From an uncultured Acidobacteriota bacterium (GTDB lineage Bacteria > Acidobacteriota > Terriglobia > UBA7540): 64,000 bases of DNA. The notes under the pieces are model-generated. The model was given only the letters and a program-made list of their open reading frames with translations. It did no database searches and had not been told where the DNA came from. Each line of letters opens with the position of its first letter. The first letter of the stretch is position 1. Where the stretch lies: NCBI GenBank assembly GCA_963804995.1, contig CAWDSK010000005.1, positions 384,001 through 448,000 of the forward strand, read 5' to 3'. Positions 1 through 9,661 of the stretch are shown one piece after another. A program made the translations under genes and the position numbers.

Positions 1-1
1 G

Positions 2-1273
2 GTGCCGGATGAACCGCTGGGACGTGAGGGCGAGCCTCGCCACGCTGACGCCGTGGCTTTAGGCGAGGCCGACCAGACCTGGCCGGCTATCATTGCCGAC
101 GCTGCGCGCGGAGAGCTGAAAGAAACCTATGCCCCGGTCAATTCGGAGGGCAAAGAGGTCAAGCCCTCTCTCGACGACTACCCGGTGATTCCCTGGGACC
201 GCATGGACCTTGAGCAGTTCAACCTGATCAAGCATTTTCCCAAAATGGCGCGGCGCCTGCTATCCCTGGTTGGCATGACGTGGCAGACCTTCCAAATGAT
301 TCCCATCGAATCAGGCCGCGGCTGCCCCTATGGGTGCGAGTTCTGCACGGTGACGGGTTTCTTCGGTGACTCGATTCGCTTCCGGACGAATGAGAGTGTG
401 GTGAATGAACTGCTGATGCTGAAGGCACTGGAGAAGCGCCAGAAGGGGAAGATCGGGGTCTTCTTCATCGACGACAACTTTGCGATCAATCCCCGGCGAA
501 CCAAGTCCCTGCTGCGGGAAATCATCGCGCGCGGCGCCCAGGTGCCCTGGGTGGCGCAAATCAGCATGAACCTGCTGCGCGACGAGGAATTGGTTTCGCT
601 GATCGCTCAAAGCGGCGGCAAGTGGATCTTCATGGGCCTTGAGTCTATTGACCCGGAGAACCTGAAGAGTGTCAGCAAGGGATTCAATAAGCCAGAGGAG
701 TATAAGGCCATTCTGGAGCGCTTGGCGCGATACAACCTCTTTGCCATTACCTCTTTTATTTTTGGGATGGACAGTGACAAGCCGGGCGTGGCGGGGCGTA
801 CGCTGGAAGCGATTCGCTCCTGGCCGCCGGGGCTTCCGGTGTTTGGGTTGTTGACGCCATATCCGGCAACGCCCCTCTATGACCGCTTAGCTGCGGCCAA
901 TCGCTTGACCCGGCCGAAGCACTGGCTGGAGTTCAAACCCTTCAAAATGGGATTCACTCCTCTGGGGATTACCACCGATCAAGCGGAGGCGGAGATTCGG
1001 GAGGCCTGGACATCGGCCTATGATCCCGCGACGACCGCCTCTGCCATGCGATGGTTGGAATCGAGGCCTCTGGGCGACCGCCTGATTCATATGCTCACCC
1101 GTCTGGCCTTCCGGGGAATCTACTTTCCGCAGATGCGGCGGCGGGAATGGGTGCAGGTGCTGCTTGAAAATCGAGTTCCCATCCTCCGCCTGCTCGCCCA
1201 AGCGCTGGAGCTCAGGCTCAGGCCGCAGGCGCGCAAGCGCTTCTCTCTTGAACCTCAAGCACAGGTTGAGTGA
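2..1273 (+). CDS. B12-binding radical SAM protein, 5'-truncated by the window edge
   Basis: ESGRGCPYGCEFC (CxxxCxxC), GEAD, FFIDDNF, FMGLES and TPYPATPLY motifs typical of cobalamin-dependent radical SAM enzymes. Confidence 0.85.
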   Translation: MPDEPLGREGEPRHADAVALGEADQTWPAIIADAARGELKETYAPVNSEGKEVKPSLDDYPVIPWDRMDLEQFNLIKHFPKMARRLLSLVGMTWQTFQMIPIESGRGCPYGCEFCTVTGFFGDSIRFRTNESVVNELLMLKALEKRQKGKIGVFFIDDNFAINPRRTKSLLREIIARGAQVPWVAQISMNLLRDEELVSLIAQSGGKWIFMGLESIDPENLKSVSKGFNKPEEYKAILERLARYNLFAITSFIFGMDSDKPGVAGRTLEAIRSWPPGLPVFGLLTPYPATPLYDRLAAANRLTRPKHWLEFKPFKMGFTPLGITTDQAEAEIREAWTSAYDPATTASAMRWLESRPLGDRLIHMLTRLAFRGIYFPQMRRREWVQVLLENRVPILRLLAQALELRLRPQARKRFSLEPQAQVE

Positions 1274-1323
1274 AGTGCCTGAGTATTTAGGTTCGGAATG
1301 GAAGCAGAGTGCTGTGAGCTTAG

Positions 1324-2122
1324 CTAAGCGGCACGCGCTTGGGCTTCCCGGCGGCCTAGAATGTTCTCGATGGCGCAGCGCAAGACGTGGGTGAGCTGAT
1401 AACCGGTGAGGGGAGCAACGACAAAATCAAACGCGCCCCCGGTAATTGTTTGCATGTAGAGCCCGGCATTAACGGGGCGCGCCACGACGATGACGTTCAC
1501 AGGTTTGGGGGCCTGCATCGCCAGGTTCACGACGTCCGCCCAGATGGCGTCCGGCAGTTTGGGCTGGGTGAAGATCAGGTGCGGCGGGTTCGGCCCCGTC
1601 AGCAGAGGCAGCGCCTCCCCAAGACTCCGCAGGGAACAAACCTTCACAGACTGACCTTCCAGCGCCGCTTTCAGCGCGTCCAGAGAATCTCCGAATTCGT
1701 GCAGGAGTAGTGTCGAGATTTCCTCTGATGCAGGATGGGCAGGGGGTCCCAGAGGCCAGTACCCGCGGTTCTGGAAATGCCTTTCGGGCGGCGGTGGGGC
1801 TGGGGGCATCTTTGGTGCACTGACCATTGCGCCAAAAGACTTAGTGGGCGGGTAATGCTGTGCCCGGTATTCCCGGAACGTCCTGCTCTTCGATATGCAG
1901 ATCGGCTTCCGCGCGCAACTCTTGCGTCTCTGCTTTCAATTCCCTATGCAACCGGGCAGAACTGATGCCGGGTCCATCCTGGAACTTCAAGCGGTCCGGA
2001 CTGAACTCCTCGGACCGGACTTTGACCGTGAACTCGCGAGCCACCTGGGGCGGGTCGAGGACATTAAAAGTATAGGTACGAGAACTGGCAGAATTATCTA
2101 CCCCGACATACTGGATGTACAT
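1324..2122 (-). CDS. Probable single gene (small N-terminal domain + atypical receiver domain) split by a +1 frameshift near 1875
   Basis: Removing one base at about 1872-1877 joins ORF MYIQYVG...EEQDV to REYRAQHYPPTKSFGAMVSAPK... and on into ORF 1324-1827, which has a receiver-like pattern (LIFTQPKLPD, VIVVA, GAFDFVVAP). Confidence 0.6.
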
Positions 2123-2359
2123 ACCAGCCACCTTTCGTGATCTCAAAGAACGTGGCGCAAACTCCGTCCCCGTTGGGCAATCGGGCCAGGGTTTCGGGCT
2201 TGCTCCGGTGTGTCGCGTTGGAGGGGGGACGAACCTGGATGGCTGTTTACTACAATGCCTGAGCGCCGGCTCGGGTGCATCAGTCTCCTGATGGTCACCA
2301 CTTCAATGCGCAGAGCTCGATAGTATGATCGATATGAGGCGGAAACGCGGGGGCGAGGA

Positions 2360-2542
2360 TCAGCCTCGCCGCCTCTTCATGGCAACGTGGTCTTCGACCA
2401 CTCGGAAGACCGCATCACAAACCGCCAGCTTTCTAACCCCGACGCTGTAAAAATACACCGTCGTATGAAGGTGGTCACATTCAAGGATCGTTCCCCATCC
2501 GAATTTGGAATGGCGAACATATTGCCCCCGCGTCAATTTCAT
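2360..2542 (-). CDS. Small stand-alone Tudor/SH3-like protein resembling the PcrA/UvrD C-terminal domain
   Basis: GQYVRHSKFGWGTILEC...TVYFYSVGVRKL aligns with GSKVRHAKYGIGTVLDC...TISFPGYGRKKL of the UvrD in this window; GGGAG RBS upstream. Confidence 0.65.
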   Translation of the reverse strand: MKLTRGQYVRHSKFGWGTILECDHLHTTVYFYSVGVRKLAVCDAVFRVVEDHVAMKRRRG

Positions 2543-2556
2543 GGCCAGCTCCCTAT

Positions 2557-2892
2557 TTAGAAGCGCCGGCCGCGTCCGTAGCCGTCTCGGTCACCACCTC
2601 GGCCGCCACCACCACCGCCGGGACCTCTGCCAAAGCCCGTACGCTGAGGCTTCGCTTCGTTCACGGTCAAGGCGCGGCCGTCCAGACTTTGGCCGTTCAA
2701 GCCGGCGATGGCCCGCTGCATGTCTTCGCCTTCACCTAGCTCAACAAAGCCAAATCCCCTGGGTGTCCCTGTCAGCTTGTCACGAATCACGACCGCCGAG
2801 GCCACCTGAAAGCCCGCGTTGATCACGAATTCGTTGAGTTGAGCGTCGGTGACGCTGTGGGGTAGATTACCTACAAAGAGTTTAGTCGCCAT
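2557..2892 (-). CDS. RNA-binding protein (single RRM, Gly/Arg-rich tail)
   Basis: RNP2 LFVGNL, RNP1 RGFGFVE, GRALTVNEA, RGG tail; GGAGG RBS. Confidence 0.95.
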   Translation of the reverse strand: MATKLFVGNLPHSVTDAQLNEFVINAGFQVASAVVIRDKLTGTPRGFGFVELGEGEDMQRAIAGLNGQSLDGRALTVNEAKPQRTGFGRGPGGGGGGRGGDRDGYGRGRRF

Positions 2893-3185
2893 TTAATCCT
2901 CCAAATGAGGGCGGCCCTGTGGGGATCCGCCGGGTTAAGTTCACTGATAAAGTTTGCCTGCGCCGAATGTCGCGGTCAGGGCTGCCATTTTGGGCTCGTG
3001 CCGTTCCAACTTGATGAGGCGGGGAATCAAGTCGTTTCGAAAAGTCGAGCGGAGCGTGGGACCCTGCGTCCCATCCCCAGAAAAAGAGCCTGGCTCCGGC
3101 TGTCGTCTATGAAGAGGGTCTCAGATTACCCTAGGTAGGCCAGATGATCTGAATGCAGAGGTTGGCGGTCCTCATGGACTTAACC

Positions 3186-3214
3186 AGAATAAGTAAATTT
3201 ACTTGACTTGTCAA
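3186..3214 (-). promoter_or_regulatory. Sigma70-type promoter for the RRM gene
   Basis: Minus strand TTGACA-N17-TATTCT; perfect palindrome AAGTAAATTTACTT at 3191-3204. Confidence 0.7.
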
Positions 3215-3489
3215 GCGGAATCTGAGTACGTCATAATTGTTTAACTGCGCTTAGTTAATTTTAGGAGCGTCGCGGTGAATGTGGCTCTGGTCATGCGGCA
3301 GCGCCTGGCACAACCGCAGCTTGAACAAAGGGATTTCGCGAATACTGGGTAAGTTACTGGGTCCTACTGCAGCGACACAAAACCCGGTCACCTCTGGGCC
3401 ATCGGCACATTGGAGTTGGAGATAGTCAGGTGTACAATCCTGCGCGTCTGACGGAATCAGGACGGAATCCCCGTTTATAGGAAAAGGCC

Positions 3490-6000
3490 ATGATCATTCG
3501 ATATTGTGGAATTCGAGGCAAGCATCTGCTGGCGCTGGCGTTGACTCTGATCCTGACTGGGATTTCGCAGGGCGCGGTCCCCGAAGATGTTTCGATCCGC
3601 AATGAGCAACTGACTGTTTCCGCGAACACCCGTGACGGGTCGTACAGCCTTCGGGCGAAGGGCTTGGAGCAGGCTGTGTTCGTGGCGCGCGTCGGCGCGG
3701 AAATCGATCATCACTGGGTGCGATCGAGCGAGTATCCCAAGCAACTCGCCGAAGAGTCCACCTTTCAGGATGACCTGGGCAGTGGGCATGCCATCAGGAT
3801 CACTTACAGTGGACTGGCTGGGAAGCCGGATTTGGTCCTCGTCCTGCGCCTATACGATCAGCACGCGTACGGCGACGTTGAAGTCACCATGCGCAACACC
3901 ACCGGGAAAGCGCTGAGCGTCCAGGCCATCCGCAGCGTGGAAGCTGGTTTGGTCAATCTCGGCGGGCGCGAAGCGGCGGACCGCGTGCTATCGGACAGCT
4001 TCAGTGAAGACCGTCCGATCATGAAGATTTTCGATTTGGGGCAAGCGCCCGAAGGCGTGCACCGGAGCGTGGGCAGCCAACTGATTTACAACCAGGAAAG
4101 CAAGCAGAGCCTCTTGCTGGCGACACTCACCTCGCGGCGGCTTCTGAACATCCTGCACCTGCGAGTGCAGAACGGCACTGGAGGTGAGCCGAGGATTACC
4201 TCCTATACAGCGGACTCAACGGGAACGACGGAAATCGAGACAGGAGAATCTCTCAAAAATGCACCACAGGAGGATCGGATCGAGCTGAGCTTGTCCGTGG
4301 AGGCAGGGAAGGAACTGGCCTCCGAGCGCATGCTGTTTGCCGTCGGGAACAATTATTACGCGCAACTGGAGGCGTACGGCGCGGCCATCAAAATCCTGCA
4401 TCACGCGCGCGTGGCAGCGCACAACCCCATCGGCTGGTGGAGTTGGACAGCTTTTTACGGAGGGATCAGGGAAGCGCCCACTCTGACCAATCTGCTCTGG
4501 CAAGCCCAGAACTTGAAGGACCTGGGGTACAAGTATTTCTTCATCGATTCAGGATACGAGTACGCAGTGGGTGAGTACACAACCCCCAATGCCACGCAAT
4601 TTCCCGATGGGATGCGCTACGTGGGGCAGGAGGTCAGCAAGCAAGGTCTGACCTTCGGACTGTGGACCGCGCCGTTTGAAGTGACGGGTCGCGCCTGGGT
4701 CTACGAGCAACACAAAGATTGGCTGGTGCACAATGCGCGCGGCAAGCCCATTCAGATTGGCTTCGCTGGGAGGGATGCGACGGAGCCGATCTTTGCGCTC
4801 AACACCACGCACCCCGGCGCGCAAGCGTATCTGCGCAAAACCTATCAAACCCTTACGCGCGAATGGGGCGTACGGCTGATCAAAATGGATTTCATGGATG
4901 ACAGCGCCATCGAGGGTTTCCGCTATCGGCCCAACACCACGGGGCTGGAGGCCCAGCGGCTCGGGCTCAAGATCATTCGTGAGGCGGTGGGCGAAGACGT
5001 GCTGCTCAACAAAGACGGCAGCCCCATGCTGAACGCGGTGGGAATCGTGGACATCGGGCGGATCTCCGTCGATACGGGCCACGCCTTTTTTGCCTCCCGC
5101 GATGCCGCTACGGGAATCGCGGCGCGTTACTACATGCACCGAAACTTCTTCACGAGTGATCCCGACGCGTTTACCGTGGCCGCTCAGCGTTTCACGGGCC
5201 ACAGGTGGCACACGGCGAAGGAGCCCATCTCACTTCCTGACGCGGAAGTCTCCATCGCGCTGGCTGCGGTTTCTGGCGGCATGTTCGAACTGGGCGATGA
5301 CATGCCGCTGCTGAGCGCTGAGCCTGAGCGCCTGGCGCTGGTGAAAAACCCGGACTTGCTTCAGATGGTGAAGCTGGGGCGGGCTTCACTGCCTCTCGAT
5401 TTGATGACTTACCGGCGGGAGGACAAAATCCCCAGCGTCTACTTATTGAAAGAGGGCCGCAGGCAAGCGATGCTGACGGTATTCAATTGGACGGACGAAG
5501 CCCGCTCGCATACCTTCACGCCGGCGGATTTGGGATTGCCCGAGAGTGACACCTACCAGGCCTTTGACATTTTCGATGGCAGTAAGGTTGTCGAGGTGGG
5601 GGGCGGTAAACTGACCCTTGACGGTCAGCCCGCGCACAGCGTACGGATGATCAAGATCATCGATACTTCCGTTGAGGCCGCGCCACCTGTGATCACAGCG
5701 GACGTCCCTCTCAACGCACAAAGCGGAGAGGCGGTGACATTCTCCGCCACGGTAAAGGCGGACAGTGTTCCGGCCCTCAGCTATCACTGGGATTTCGGCG
5801 ACGGCACCAGCGAGGAGGGCGCGCAGGTGAGACATGCCTTCACCGAGCCTGCCTCCTATACCGTGCGGTTGAAGGTGGAGGGAGTGGATGGCGTTGCCGG
5901 TGAGCAATCCTTTTCCGTAAAGGTCAGCGGCTTGATGAATTGGGAGTCTGACTTTCCAAACAACCGCCGCTTCGTTGAGAAGGACACGCCAAAAGAGTGA
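3490..6000 (+). CDS. Secreted alpha-galactosidase (GH36/GH27-like) with C-terminal PKD domain
   Basis: Signal peptide, IGWWSW, FFIDSGY, FPDGM, GLWTAPF, IKMDF, SDPD; PKD motif YHWDFGDG. Confidence 0.85.
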   Translation: MIIRYCGIRGKHLLALALTLILTGISQGAVPEDVSIRNEQLTVSANTRDGSYSLRAKGLEQAVFVARVGAEIDHHWVRSSEYPKQLAEESTFQDDLGSGHAIRITYSGLAGKPDLVLVLRLYDQHAYGDVEVTMRNTTGKALSVQAIRSVEAGLVNLGGREAADRVLSDSFSEDRPIMKIFDLGQAPEGVHRSVGSQLIYNQESKQSLLLATLTSRRLLNILHLRVQNGTGGEPRITSYTADSTGTTEIETGESLKNAPQEDRIELSLSVEAGKELASERMLFAVGNNYYAQLEAYGAAIKILHHARVAAHNPIGWWSWTAFYGGIREAPTLTNLLWQAQNLKDLGYKYFFIDSGYEYAVGEYTTPNATQFPDGMRYVGQEVSKQGLTFGLWTAPFEVTGRAWVYEQHKDWLVHNARGKPIQIGFAGRDATEPIFALNTTHPGAQAYLRKTYQTLTREWGVRLIKMDFMDDSAIEGFRYRPNTTGLEAQRLGLKIIREAVGEDVLLNKDGSPMLNAVGIVDIGRISVDTGHAFFASRDAATGIAARYYMHRNFFTSDPDAFTVAAQRFTGHRWHTAKEPISLPDAEVSIALAAVSGGMFELGDDMPLLSAEPERLALVKNPDLLQMVKLGRASLPLDLMTYRREDKIPSVYLLKEGRRQAMLTVFNWTDEARSHTFTPADLGLPESDTYQAFDIFDGSKVVEVGGGKLTLDGQPAHSVRMIKIIDTSVEAAPPVITADVPLNAQSGEAVTFSATVKADSVPALSYHWDFGDGTSEEGAQVRHAFTEPASYTVRLKVEGVDGVAGEQSFSVKVSGLMNWESDFPNNRRFVEKDTPKE

Positions 6001-6146
6001 TCCATTGCTTCCCCCGCACGTAGGAGGTTCACAGCTTTTACTTTTCTACGCTGTGCCTCAAGTTCACGCGTACGCGAGTTGGTAAGGGTTTCATTACCCC
6101 CTAAACTTGTCAGCAAGAAACCGGGCCGCTCAGCACAAGGTGGCGA

Positions 6147-6300
6147 GGCCGCAACCAAAAGAGAATCATAGCCCTCGCCGAGGGGAGAGGGTGGCCCGCG
6201 GTCCCGGTGCACTTGATCGGGACGCGGGACGGGTGAGGGGTCAGTTCGGAGCAAAATATTCTTGTCAAAAAAAAGAAATTACAGTATTGCAATACAGAGT
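6147..6300 (+). repeat. Modular intergenic repeat (GCCGCAACCAAA head, palindromic core, AT-rich tail)
   Basis: Homologous to the reverse complement of 61217-61375; tail also at 20426-20476; core also at about 43195-43332. Confidence 0.8.
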
Positions 6301-6344
6301 CCCAGTCACACACGAATAGGAATCGCTGAAGTGGTGAATTTGGA

Positions 6345-7178
6345 TTAGTAATCCTGCGGGAGCTTTTGCAGTTGCTCCATCGTGAAGACGGGGCCTTCTT
6401 TGCAGACGTAGACGGGGCCGGCATTGCAGCGTCCACACTTGCCCACGCCGCACTTCATCCGGTTTTCGAGGCTGGTGTAAACCGAATCCGTGCCGACGCC
6501 GAGCTTTTCCAGGATCGGCAAGGTGTTCTTGATCATGATGGGCGGGCCGATCACGAGCACCACGGAATTCTCCGCTGCCACCTTAGCGCGTTCGAAGACC
6601 GTGGGCACAAATCCCACTTCGCCTTTCCATTCCGGGGTCTGGCCTCCGGGGTCAACGCACTGGATCACCCTCACGCGATCGCGCTTGGCCCACTCCTCCA
6701 GCTCATCCACATAAACCAGATCGGCCACGGTTCGAGCCCCATAGACGATTGTGATGTCGCCGTACTTCTCCCGGTTCTCGAGCGCATACCAGACAGCGCA
6801 GCGAATGGGGGGCATGGCGATTCCACCGCCCAGGAAGATCAGGTCCTTGCCTTCCCATTTCTCCACGGGGTAGCCATTCCCGTACGGCCCGCGGAAACCG
6901 AGGGTATCGCCCTCCTCCACTCGCCACAGCGCTTCCGTAACGCGGCCGACCTTACGGAAGCAAAACTCCAGGGAATCCTTCCAATTCGAGCTGGAACAGA
7001 TATTGAAAGTCGATTCTCCATAGCCGAAAGCCGAGAAGATTCCGAACTGCCCCACGCGAAAATCAAAATGGCTGGCACGCTCCGGGCTCTGGAAACGGAT
7101 GCGCACGGATTTTACGTCCGGCGTTTGCTGCCGGACGCCCACCACTTCCATCAGATCGGGTGTATAGATATCAGGCAT
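6345..7178 (-). CDS. flxA: FAD/NAD(P)-binding oxidoreductase with C-terminal [2Fe-2S] motif (FlxA/AsrB-like)
   Basis: GFRGPYGNG, GGGIAMPP, IGPPIM, SLENRMKCGVGKCGRC...YVCKEGPVF; position at the end of the hdr-flx cluster. Confidence 0.85.
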   Translation of the reverse strand: MPDIYTPDLMEVVGVRQQTPDVKSVRIRFQSPERASHFDFRVGQFGIFSAFGYGESTFNICSSSNWKDSLEFCFRKVGRVTEALWRVEEGDTLGFRGPYGNGYPVEKWEGKDLIFLGGGIAMPPIRCAVWYALENREKYGDITIVYGARTVADLVYVDELEEWAKRDRVRVIQCVDPGGQTPEWKGEVGFVPTVFERAKVAAENSVVLVIGPPIMIKNTLPILEKLGVGTDSVYTSLENRMKCGVGKCGRCNAGPVYVCKEGPVFTMEQLQKLPQDY

Positions 7179-8163
7179 GTTCGATCCCAGTTAACAGGGT
7201 CAGCAATCCCTGTCCCTCAGGGCAATTCCGTGTACAGTTCCCGCAGCCGGTACAGAGAATCTCCCCAAACTTGTCAGGGTAAATGGAGAACTTGTGCAAC
7301 ACGCGCTGGCGCTGGCGCGACCCCTGATCAGGGCGTGGATTGTGCCCGGAAGCGTGCAAAGTGAATTGCGCGAACTGGCAGGAGTCCCAATTGCGCACGC
7401 GTTCGCCGTGCTGGCTGTTCCCTTCGTCCACGATATCGAAGCAATGGCAGGTGGGGCAATTGTAAGCGCAGGCCCCGCAGCCAAGGCAGGCGAGGGTCTC
7501 ATCTTGCCAGAAGGGGCTGAAGAAATGCTCGTCAACAAATTGCTTGATATGCTGGGGACTGAACCAAGGCTTCGGTCCCTTGCTGGGCGGCGCAGTGCGT
7601 TCGGAAGCGTGCGTTCTCCCGGCGAACAAGGCCCGCCCTTTGTCCGTGAGGCAGCGCACCTCGAACTCCTCGCCGAGGTCGAACAGCATCACGTCGCTTC
7701 CGCGCTCCGCCTGGGGGCCGAGCCCTAGGGAGGTGCAGAAACATGACTCGTCGTACGACGCACAGGCGAGCGTAACCACCGTTGTCGCCTCGCGCCGCCG
7801 GTTGTACAGTTCGTCGCGACAGTCCCAGTTAAAGACATGATCGAGGATGGGCAAGGCTGCGGCGTCACAGGGCCGCACTCCGAGCAGTATTTGCGCAGGA
7901 ATTTTCCCCCCACCGTTCGTCAATACCACGCGGTTGCCATCCATTTGATAACGGCAAAGCAATTCGTGGCGGGGAAACACGAACTCCTTCACGGAATTCG
8001 CCGGGCGCACGAATCCTTCCCAGACGATGTCGTCGGCGGAAGCCAGGGGCGCGTACAAGACCAGGCCAGGCTTGGTTTGTACAGGCCCTGCAACCACCTT
8101 GCTCTGGGCAATCCATTTCTTCGCGAGTTCCCGCAAGGCCGCCTTGGTCACGATTTCGCTCAT
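7171..8163 (-). CDS. flxB: 4Fe-4S protein (FlxB/AsrA-like)
   Basis: GVRPCD, CFCTS, CLGCGACAYNCPTCHCF, WDSCQ, CTGCGNCTRNCP. Confidence 0.8.
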   Translation of the reverse strand: MSEIVTKAALRELAKKWIAQSKVVAGPVQTKPGLVLYAPLASADDIVWEGFVRPANSVKEFVFPRHELLCRYQMDGNRVVLTNGGGKIPAQILLGVRPCDAAALPILDHVFNWDCRDELYNRRREATTVVTLACASYDESCFCTSLGLGPQAERGSDVMLFDLGEEFEVRCLTDKGRALFAGRTHASERTAPPSKGPKPWFSPQHIKQFVDEHFFSPFWQDETLACLGCGACAYNCPTCHCFDIVDEGNSQHGERVRNWDSCQFAQFTLHASGHNPRPDQGSRQRQRVLHKFSIYPDKFGEILCTGCGNCTRNCPEGQGLLTLLTGIEHA

Positions 8164-9467
8164 CGGATAAAGTCCTCCTTATCCGTAAGCGCGTAGGTGC
8201 CAATCAAAGGCTCAACTTTGGGATCCATGCCCGCTTGATAGGCGAAGTTCTTCTCGGCGGCGCGGGCCAGAGTGAGATTCAGCAAGCCCAGGGGAATACC
8301 CGCGGGACACGCTCGCGTGCATTCACCGCACCCTACGCAGCGGCCCGCCAGGTGGAAGGCACGCGTAATGTGCCAGGCGAAGTTTCCCTTGGGCGTGGCC
8401 GAGGTATCAATCGCCACCGGCCGGTTCTTGTCCGCAATGCAGCGCTCGCAGTAACACAGAGGGCATACCTGGCGGCAGGCATAGCACTTCACGCAGCGCT
8501 CGAATTCGTTAGCCCAAAATGACATGCGCTCCGCAGGAGTCTTCTGCATTAGGGCGTCGAGCGCGCCGGCCATTGGGGGCGCGGGCGGCGGGGCAGCGGC
8601 CTCGCCAATAATCTCATCCGCGAAACGCGGCTGGTGCACTTTGCAGGTGTCGCACTTGGGTTGCCCCATGCTGTCACAGGCCATGCCGATCACGCGCAAC
8701 GCCTGGCGATCGATTTGCGATTCCTTTTCCAGAATCACCAACCCGCGCTCGTCGCACCCTTTCACCACCGCCGCGGCCTTGCCCAGGCGTTTGATTTCCT
8801 TGCGCTTGAGGTAAGTTGTCAGATTGGCATGGCAGTCCGTGTTCCAAACCAGCTTGCCCGCGTCCTCCGCGCGCCGGATGAACACCGGCCCACCGGCGGC
8901 ATAACCTATCACTACCTGGACAGTTCCATCAGTAAGTAGCCGGGTGCAAGTTTCACGCAGTTGCTCCTCCTGGGCTGCCATGTCGGATTTGGCGGGAACG
9001 GGCGGCTTCGGTGGCGCAGGCAAAGCAGGACGCCGAAATCCGTTCTTCTGATACAGCTCCCGATACGGACCGAGCTTACGAGTTTCCTCGGTGATGCGCG
9101 TGATCTCTTCCTGCCACTTCCGTCCTTCGGCGGCGGAGATCCAGGTGAAGTGAATGCGCCGCAGGTCGAATCCCAGCGTGTCCAGCAATTCCCGGAAAAG
9201 GATCCAGCGGCGGCGCGCGTGGTAGTTGCCCGCAGTGTAGTGGCAATCGCCGGGATGGCAGCCTGACACCAGCACGGCGTCGGCGCCAATTTCGAAAGCC
9301 TTAATCAACAGGTTGAAATCGATCCTCCCGGTGCAGGGCAGGCGGATGATGCGAACGTTGGCGGGGTATTCCAGGCGCGTGGTGCCCGCCAAGTCCGCCC
9401 CCAGGTACGTGCACCAGTTGCACACGTAGGCGACAATTTTTGGTTCGAATTGATTCACTTCATTCAT
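8160..9467 (-). CDS. MvhD-type [2Fe-2S] domain fused to a 4Fe-4S dicluster domain (FlxD-FlxC fusion)
   Basis: N-terminal CNWCTYLGADLAG, PCTGRID, GCHPGDCHY; C-terminal CVKCYACRQVCPLCYCERC and GRCVGCGECTRACP. Confidence 0.85.
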   Translation of the reverse strand: MNEVNQFEPKIVAYVCNWCTYLGADLAGTTRLEYPANVRIIRLPCTGRIDFNLLIKAFEIGADAVLVSGCHPGDCHYTAGNYHARRRWILFRELLDTLGFDLRRIHFTWISAAEGRKWQEEITRITEETRKLGPYRELYQKNGFRRPALPAPPKPPVPAKSDMAAQEEQLRETCTRLLTDGTVQVVIGYAAGGPVFIRRAEDAGKLVWNTDCHANLTTYLKRKEIKRLGKAAAVVKGCDERGLVILEKESQIDRQALRVIGMACDSMGQPKCDTCKVHQPRFADEIIGEAAAPPPAPPMAGALDALMQKTPAERMSFWANEFERCVKCYACRQVCPLCYCERCIADKNRPVAIDTSATPKGNFAWHITRAFHLAGRCVGCGECTRACPAGIPLGLLNLTLARAAEKNFAYQAGMDPKVEPLIGTYALTDKEDFIR

Positions 9468-9520
9468 GCCGTACTCTCAATCGTAACGCCGGCTCCGTGC
9501 CGAACGTGCCACGGGCATCC

Positions 9521-9661
9521 GAAGCTGTGAAGAAATCCCTGAACGAGCAAATGCATCTCGCGCAGAGACGCAGAGGCCGCAAAGAAGACAAATCAGTTAT
9601 TTGCTTAAGATCTCTGCGCCCCAGTGACTCTGCGCGAGATTGTCGATTTTTTCACAGCTTC
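9521..9661. mobile_element. MITE inserted in the loop of a REP-like hairpin, 3-bp TCC duplication
   Basis: Terminal IRs GAAGCTGTGAAGAAATC / GATTTTTTCACAGCTTC; TCC at 9518-9520 and 9662-9664 inside CACGGGCA-TCC-TGCCCGTG. Confidence 0.8.
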
